A program made the translations under genes and the position numbers. A DNA stretch of 55,072 bases, from positions 1-55,072 of the forward strand of contig SKND01000199.1 in assembly GCA_007120695.1 (NCBI GenBank), given 5' to 3'. The notes under the pieces are model-generated. The model searched no databases. It was not told the DNA's origin and saw only the letters and a list, made by a program, of their open reading frames with translations. Shown here piece after piece: positions 49,150-55,072 of the stretch (the stretch's first letter is position 1; each line of letters starts with the position of its first letter). Source of the stretch: Bacteroidales bacterium. GTDB taxonomy: Bacteria > Bacteroidota > Bacteroidia > Bacteroidales > PUMT01.

Positions 49150-50559
49150 ATGAAAACCACCCGCAGAGATTTTTTAAAACTTACCGGACTCGCCGGAGCC
49201 GGAATTGCCGGAGCAGGACTTGCCGGATGTGCTAACCAGTCGCCGACAGAAGCACCATTCAGATTATCGCATAACCAGGATTTCAATATGTCGGGGTATG
49301 CAGCGCCTAAACTTGAGACAGTGCGAATCGGATTAATTGGGATTGGTAATCGCGGAAGTGGAGCCCTCAGGCGCCATGTTAGGATTGAGGGGGTTGAAAT
49401 TACTGCCCTTGCTGATATTGATCCGGCAAAAGTTAACCGGGCCAGGGAGTTTGTAAGGGAGTACGGTCATGAACCTGTAACCTATTCAGGCGGGGAGGAT
49501 GAGTGGAAGAAACTCTGTGAAAGAGATGATGTCGACCTGGTTTATATTTGCACACCCTGGAGCCTACATGCACCAAATGCCATTTATGCTATGGAGAATG
49601 ATAAACATGCGGCCACGGAGATACCGGCAGCGCAAACAATGGATGAGTGCTGGCAGTTGGTTGAAACATCAGAAAGAACACGAAAGCATTGTATCATGCT
49701 TGAGAACGTATGTTACGACTTCTTTGAGATGATGACTCTAAACATGGCAAGGCAGGGGTTTTTTGGCGATCTGGTACATGGCGAGGGTGCATATATTCAT
49801 GACCTGATGGACCTGAACTTTTCAAAAACTGCCTATGCCGGCATGTGGCGGCTTGAGGAAAACTCCAAAAGGAATGGCAGCCTCTACCCGATGCATGGAC
49901 TTGGTCCTATTGCGCAGTTGATGGATATTAATTACGGCGACAGGATGGATTACCTTGTATCAATGTCGAGCAATGATTTTATGATGGGCAGAAGAGCAGA
50001 AGAGCTTGCTGAAGATGATGATTTCTGGCACCAGTACGTGGGAAGGGATTATCGTGGGAATATGAATACAACACTTATTCGCACCAATAAGGGACGGTCT
50101 ATGCTGGTACAGCATGATGTAACATCACCCAGACCCTATACACGTATTCATCTTATCAGCGGAACAAAGGGAATTGCCCGCAAATGGCCCGGTCCTGCAA
50201 GGATAGCCAGAAGTCACCACGGATGGGTTTCGGATGAAGAGTTCAATGAGCTGCAGGAGAAGTATACACCTGAAATAACCAGGAGAGTAGGTGAGATGGC
50301 AAGGCAGGTTGGGGGCCACGGAGGGATGGATACTTTGATGGACTGGAGAATGGTTGATTGCCTGCGTAACGGATTACCTCTTGATATGGATGTTTATGAT
50401 GCAGCTTTATGGAGTGCGGTCATTCCTCTCAGCGAATGGTCTGTAGCCAACCGGTCAGCATCTGTTGATATACCCGACTTTACTGGCGGATCATGGCAAA
50501 CCAACACACCGTTGATGGATATCAATCTTGAAAAAGGAGGTTCAACCAGGCTTATCTGA
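49150..50559 (+). CDS. Glycoside hydrolase family 109 (NAD-dependent alpha-N-acetylgalactosaminidase-like), Tat lipoprotein
   Basis: TRRDFLK plus LAGC. TPW..H, MLENVCY, GEGAYIH, YPMHGLGP, GGHGGMD, DVYDAA, IPDFT. Confidence 0.85.
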   Translation: MKTTRRDFLKLTGLAGAGIAGAGLAGCANQSPTEAPFRLSHNQDFNMSGYAAPKLETVRIGLIGIGNRGSGALRRHVRIEGVEITALADIDPAKVNRAREFVREYGHEPVTYSGGEDEWKKLCERDDVDLVYICTPWSLHAPNAIYAMENDKHAATEIPAAQTMDECWQLVETSERTRKHCIMLENVCYDFFEMMTLNMARQGFFGDLVHGEGAYIHDLMDLNFSKTAYAGMWRLEENSKRNGSLYPMHGLGPIAQLMDINYGDRMDYLVSMSSNDFMMGRRAEELAEDDDFWHQYVGRDYRGNMNTTLIRTNKGRSMLVQHDVTSPRPYTRIHLISGTKGIARKWPGPARIARSHHGWVSDEEFNELQEKYTPEITRRVGEMARQVGGHGGMDTLMDWRMVDCLRNGLPLDMDVYDAALWSAVIPLSEWSVANRSASVDIPDFTGGSWQTNTPLMDINLEKGGSTRLI

Positions 50560-50565
50560 TGGTGG

Positions 50566-51618
50566 TCAGAAGCACTGTTTGCCCTGATTTTTAAGACATT
50601 CCTGCGGCTCCTTCAGGCACCTGTAGCAGAGTTCGGTATCCTGTACCTTACCCTCAAGAAAGTTCTTTATGTTGTTCATGGTTGTTTCTGCTATACTGTG
50701 CATAGCCTCCCTGGTGAAGAAGCCCTGGTGCGAGGTTATTATTACATTGTTGAAGGTCAGCAGCCTGGCAAGAATATCATCGGTCATTACTCTGTTTGAC
50801 AGATCTTCAAAAAAGTATTCTGCCTCTTCTTCATAAACATCAAGTCCTGCGCTTCCTATCTTCCCGCTTTTTAATCCCCCGATAAGGTTTGATGTCCTTA
50901 TAAGCTTACCCCTTCCCGTGTTTATAATCATAACACCATCCTTCATTTTTTCGATAGTGTTTTTGTTGATCATGTATTCCGTCTCTTTGGTGAGCGGGCA
51001 ATTGAGGGAAATGATATCAGATTTTGCCAGAAGCTCGTCAAGGGGCAGATAGGTGAAACCGTGATCCCGGGCAAACACCCTGTCGGGGTAAGGATCATTT
51101 GCCAGCACTTCCATTCCGAAGCCTTTCAGTATGCGGATAAGCACTTTTCCTATTTTACCGGTTCCGATCACCCCTGCGTATTTTTTGTACATATCAAATC
51201 CCATCAGTCCACCCAGCGAGAAATTCGCATCCCTGGTCCGCCAGTACGCCCTGTGAATTTTTCGGTTAAGTGAGAGCATCAGGGCCACGGTATGTTCGGC
51301 AATTGCATTTGGCGAATATGCAGGTACCCTGACAATATGGATTTTTTCATAAGCAGCCTTGAAATCGACATTGTTATACCCGGCACAGCGCAGCGCGATT
51401 AACTTAACGCCACATTCCTGTAATTTGCTGATAACCTCCTGTGAAACAAGGTCATTCACAAAAACGCAAACAACATCAGATCCTTCGGCAAGAATTGCAT
51501 TGTCTGCAGTTATATTGAATTTGAAATATTTTATTTCATATCCGAACTCTTTGTTGAGCTCATCAAATATATCCCTGTCGTAGGGTTTTGTATCGAAGAA
51601 TGTAATCTTTGTGCTCAT
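50566..51618 (-). CDS. ldhA: D-lactate dehydrogenase-like 2-hydroxyacid dehydrogenase
   Basis: CVFVND, LRCAGYNNVD, RVPAYSP.AIAEH, GTGKIG, INTGRG, LDVYEEE, TSHQGFFT. Confidence 0.8.
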   Translation of the reverse strand: MSTKITFFDTKPYDRDIFDELNKEFGYEIKYFKFNITADNAILAEGSDVVCVFVNDLVSQEVISKLQECGVKLIALRCAGYNNVDFKAAYEKIHIVRVPAYSPNAIAEHTVALMLSLNRKIHRAYWRTRDANFSLGGLMGFDMYKKYAGVIGTGKIGKVLIRILKGFGMEVLANDPYPDRVFARDHGFTYLPLDELLAKSDIISLNCPLTKETEYMINKNTIEKMKDGVMIINTGRGKLIRTSNLIGGLKSGKIGSAGLDVYEEEAEYFFEDLSNRVMTDDILARLLTFNNVIITSHQGFFTREAMHSIAETTMNNIKNFLEGKVQDTELCYRCLKEPQECLKNQGKQCF

Positions 51619-51809
51619 ATTAAATGTTTTTATTTTTTTCGGGTTTTTCTGATGTGACTGTCATTAATAATTATGCGACTATATAGCAACTCAGCAAACA
51701 CCTCCTTCTTTATGATTAAGAAACGGGATGTGGCAATTATTTTACTATATCTGATTTTTGCTGGCGTAAGTTTAAAAAGTAAAAATACTAATTTCCCGTC
51801 AAGGTTTAT

Positions 51810-51817
51810 TAGCTTTG
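51810..51817 (+). promoter_or_regulatory. Bacteroidota -7 box TAGCTTTG
   Basis: Exact TAnnTTTG match upstream of the aldehyde dehydrogenase gene. Confidence 0.45.
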
Positions 51818-51932
51818 TTAATTAAAGAGATACCCGGTAATGTTTATCAATTACAGGATTACCATGTGCGTTTAAATTCTTTCATCCGGCCTGAGTGTAG
51901 TTTAAACTGAAAAACTTAATATGTAATTGATT

Positions 51933-53309
51933 ATGGAAACAAAACTGTTAAGATCTGTGAATCCTGTCAATCAGCAGGTTGTCGGAGAGTATCAGCGACA
52001 CTCTGCAGCTGAAACCGGGAGGATTATATCGCTTACAGAGCGGGAGCAAACAGGCTGGATAGAAACCGGTTTCAGTGAGCGGTCGGTGTTGATGAAAAAA
52101 ACAGCAGAACTACTGCGTCGTGAAGTTGAGAAACATTCCACGCTTATCACGATGGAGATGGGTAAGCCCATAAAGCAATCCATGGCAGAGATTGAGAAGT
52201 GTGCATCGGTATGTGACTATTATGCTGAAAATGCTGAAAAATTCCTTTCCAGAGAATATATTGAAGCAGGAGGAAGTGAAAGTTTTGTTGCTTTCAGGCC
52301 GCTTGGCACAATACTGGCAGTGATGCCCTGGAACTTTCCGTTCTGGCAGGTATTCAGGTTTGCTGTCCCTGCTCTGATGGCCGGAAACGGGGTCCTCCTG
52401 AAGCACGCCTCCAATGTTACCGGTTCGGCCGTTGCCATTGAAACCCTTTTCAGGGAGTCGGGTTTCCCGTATAATCTTTTCAGGACACTTAAGATTGCAA
52501 GTAGTGAGGTGGGAAAGGTCATTGAAAACCCTGTTGTTAAGGCAGTAACACTTACAGGCAGTGTTGGCGCAGGAAGAGCAGTTGCGTCAAAAGCCGGTGC
52601 TGAACTCAAGAAAACCGTGCTTGAACTCGGCGGGAGTGACCCGTATGTGATACTCGACGATGCCGATCTAGATTCTTCTGTACCCTTGTGTGTAAGCAGC
52701 AGACTGGTAAATGGCGGACAAAGTTGTATTGCGGCCAAACGCTTCATAGTCGTAAGATCCCGTCTGAAAGAGTTTGAAAAGCTGTTCATTACCTTGATGG
52801 AGGGCAAAAAGATGGGTGACCCGATGGACAGGAACAATGATCTTGGTCCGCAGGCATCAGTTTACTTACGTGATGAACTGCATGACCAGGTAACCTCCAG
52901 TATTGATAAAGGTGCAAAATGTCTGCTTGGTGGGAAGGTGCCCGATAATGCCGGAGCCTGGTATCCACCTACTGTGCTGACAGGTATCAGGCCCGGAATG
53001 CCGGCTTATGATGAGGAGATCTTCGGTCCCGTTGCAGCGATTATCGCGGCAGAAGATGAGGCAGATGCCATAAGGATTGCCAATGATACACATTTCGGAC
53101 TGGGTGCGGCTGTATTTACAGGTAACCCGGAAAGAGGGCGGCACATTGCAGAAACACAATTGCATGCCGGCTGCTGCTTTGTCAACGACCTTGTCCGGTC
53201 AGATCCGCGTTTGCCTTTCGGCGGAATCAATTACAGCGGATATGGGAGGGAGCTTTCCTGCTTTGGAATCAGAGAGTTTGTTAATATCAAGACCGTTTTT
53301 GTGCGATAG
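51933..53309 (+). CDS. NAD(P)-dependent succinate-semialdehyde dehydrogenase (Sad/GabD1-type)
   Basis: EMGKP, MPWNFPFWQVFRF, LKHAS, LTGS, LELGGSD, GQSCIAAKRF, EEIFGPV, PFGG..SGYGREL. Confidence 0.9.
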   Translation: METKLLRSVNPVNQQVVGEYQRHSAAETGRIISLTEREQTGWIETGFSERSVLMKKTAELLRREVEKHSTLITMEMGKPIKQSMAEIEKCASVCDYYAENAEKFLSREYIEAGGSESFVAFRPLGTILAVMPWNFPFWQVFRFAVPALMAGNGVLLKHASNVTGSAVAIETLFRESGFPYNLFRTLKIASSEVGKVIENPVVKAVTLTGSVGAGRAVASKAGAELKKTVLELGGSDPYVILDDADLDSSVPLCVSSRLVNGGQSCIAAKRFIVVRSRLKEFEKLFITLMEGKKMGDPMDRNNDLGPQASVYLRDELHDQVTSSIDKGAKCLLGGKVPDNAGAWYPPTVLTGIRPGMPAYDEEIFGPVAAIIAAEDEADAIRIANDTHFGLGAAVFTGNPERGRHIAETQLHAGCCFVNDLVRSDPRLPFGGINYSGYGRELSCFGIREFVNIKTVFVR

Positions 53310-53520
53310 ATTTGCTGTTTTTTTGCTATTGTTATGCAATAATTATTTAACTTTATCGCTATATACAATAATTATTATGTTTTAACACTATATAAAAAAT
53401 AATTATTTAGCGGAAAGATTATCTTATTGATTGGGAGACTATTGGAAATAGTTAAAAATAATCAGAAAAATATCCATTCGCAAGAAGTAAGTATAATTAT
53501 CCACTTAAAGCCAAAAAATT

Positions 53521-54723
53521 GTGAAAAATAAACTCTTATTAACAGCGCTTTCTCTATTTATTTTCAGCGGAATCTATGCCCAGGAAAGTATTTTCAGCAA
53601 CCCTGATTTCAACCAGTGGTCGGTTGAAGGTAGTGTAGGTTTTCACCGGCCTTACAATAACTTTTCACAGGGTTACTATTCTGCTACCCCTGACTTCTTC
53701 ATGGGAGAACTTGGGGTAAGGTACATGATCAATGAATATTTCGGGATGAAACTCGGGTTAATGTATGACCGTTACACTTCAGCCGATGGCAGCCGGGGAA
53801 CTTTCAGCACAGATCAGTATGGTTTTTCTATCAGGGGAGTGGCCAACCTGGGCCGTGTTCTGAAGGTCGAGGAGTGGACCAAAACTTTTAACCTGTTGGT
53901 TCATTATGGGTTGGGCATTAGTATGATGCACTATGAAAATGTCGATTGGACTGATTGGGTGGGTAATGGAGTAGGCGGCATAACGCTTCAGGCTAAGGTG
54001 TCACCAAGAGTAACTCTTTACGGAGATATTACCGCTATGGAGAATTTTAGCCAGGATCGCGCATTTGATGGTGGGTCTGGCAGTTATGCTAATTTACCGG
54101 TTGTATACAAGGGAAGTGTTGGTGTGTCAGTTTCCCTGGGCAGAAACAGGGATATCCCGCATGCAGACTGGTATGTTAGACAAAGTTCTATTCAGGATAC
54201 ACCTGAGTATGATGCAATTGATGCCAGGATCACTGAAGTGGAGTCGGGCCTGAAAGCTAAGGATGATGAATATAAAGATCTGAGCAGCCGGGTGGATGAG
54301 CTTAGCAACAAGGTTGATGAGATGGACAAAGAGGTAAAATCCATTGCTTCAACCAGGGTAGTTGATGCAAATGATGTAATCGCCCAGTTGATCAGTGACG
54401 GTTATTTCAATATCTACTTTAATTTTGACAGTTCGCAGTACAGCAAAATTGCTGCCAGCACAATTAATATACTTAAAACCTATCTGGAAAACAATCCGGG
54501 CGTAAATGTTGACCTGTACGGTTATGCTGATGAAAGGGGGCCTGCAGGTTATAATCAGCAGCTTTCACAGAGGAGGGCTGATGCAGTTGCCAGGGCGCTT
54601 ATTAACGTTGGCATTGGTTCATCAAGAATAAATGCCGAAGGCAGAGGAGAGGACCATAGCATTGATTCTTCCTCGCCCGATGCATATCAGTTAGCCAGAA
54701 GGGTTACCTTTTCAATCAGGTAA
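53521..54723 (+). CDS. OmpA family protein (beta-barrel + coiled-coil linker + OmpA-C peptidoglycan-binding domain)
   Basis: GTG start and signal peptide. HADW, a heptad-rich linker, IYFNFDSS, GYADERG..YNQQLSQRRA, ARRVTF. Confidence 0.9.
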   Translation: MKNKLLLTALSLFIFSGIYAQESIFSNPDFNQWSVEGSVGFHRPYNNFSQGYYSATPDFFMGELGVRYMINEYFGMKLGLMYDRYTSADGSRGTFSTDQYGFSIRGVANLGRVLKVEEWTKTFNLLVHYGLGISMMHYENVDWTDWVGNGVGGITLQAKVSPRVTLYGDITAMENFSQDRAFDGGSGSYANLPVVYKGSVGVSVSLGRNRDIPHADWYVRQSSIQDTPEYDAIDARITEVESGLKAKDDEYKDLSSRVDELSNKVDEMDKEVKSIASTRVVDANDVIAQLISDGYFNIYFNFDSSQYSKIAASTINILKTYLENNPGVNVDLYGYADERGPAGYNQQLSQRRADAVARALINVGIGSSRINAEGRGEDHSIDSSSPDAYQLARRVTFSIR

Positions 54724-54809
54724 TTATCCACCCGTTCAAATCTGTTGGATTCAAAACCGGGTATAAAGCCACCCCTCCGGTGGCGGATAGTCCTATTTTA
54801 GCGAATTTT

Positions 54810-54855
54810 ATACTGTATTAGCCAATTCCCCGGATTGGTTAATACAGTATTTTTT
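54810..54855 (+). terminator. Intrinsic terminator after the OmpA gene
   Basis: atactgtattagccaat ... attggttaatacagtat followed by a T run. A second hairpin aaccgatcc/ggatcggtt lies at 54875-54898. Confidence 0.7.
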
Positions 54856-55051
54856 GCATCCATGTTAAATCATAAACCGATCCTTAAACGGATCGGTTAT
54901 TCTTTCAATTCTGCCTGGTAAATAACCGGCGGGTCTTTTATTACCATCGGGATAATCAGAATAGATAAAAAATAATACCTTAAACAATAGTTGTAAAACT
55001 AATATAATAGTGGTATATTTACAAATAAATAAACCACATAAAATTTAAGTT

Positions 55052-55072
55052 ATGACAACAATCAATTCAAAG
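55052..55072 (+). CDS. Possible start of a CDS running off the window (MTTINSK...)
   Basis: ATG after an AT-rich leader; only 7 codons are visible. Confidence 0.3.

Overview
This is a 55 kb gene-dense bacterial region, most likely Bacteroidota (Bacteroidales/Marinilabiliales-like). The inference rests on TAnnTTTG -7 promoter boxes, AT-rich leaders without Shine-Dalgarno sites, a TonB receptor, a propeller/Y_Y_Y/SpoIIE protein and a GH109 enzyme. I found no rRNA, tRNA, CRISPR array or intact mobile element. The main finding is a candidate RiPP locus that the ORF track misses: a 31-aa Cys-containing peptide (29423-29518, MKSLTVKKKEEIKEQAQCCAKKSKIVAGCHD) with its own promoter. It is followed by a SPASM radical SAM enzyme and a thioredoxin/thioredoxin-reductase fusion. 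Other notable loci: (i) a five-gene lysine 2,3-aminomutase / GNAT-deacetylase fusion / two ATP-grasp ligase / GNAT cluster (10993-16841); (ii) a plant-type glucuronokinase paired with a GalU-family uridylyltransferase (17420-19306); (iii) an AT-rich accessory segment with a decayed toxin-antitoxin pair, an internally deleted amidohydrolase and a 1411-aa multi-pass Cache-type membrane protein (about 3100-8536); (iv) a small Cys4 basic protein next to a catalytically degenerate nucleotidyltransferase (41989-42855). The rest is ordinary metabolism and transport. All family calls come from motif recognition by eye; no database searches were run.
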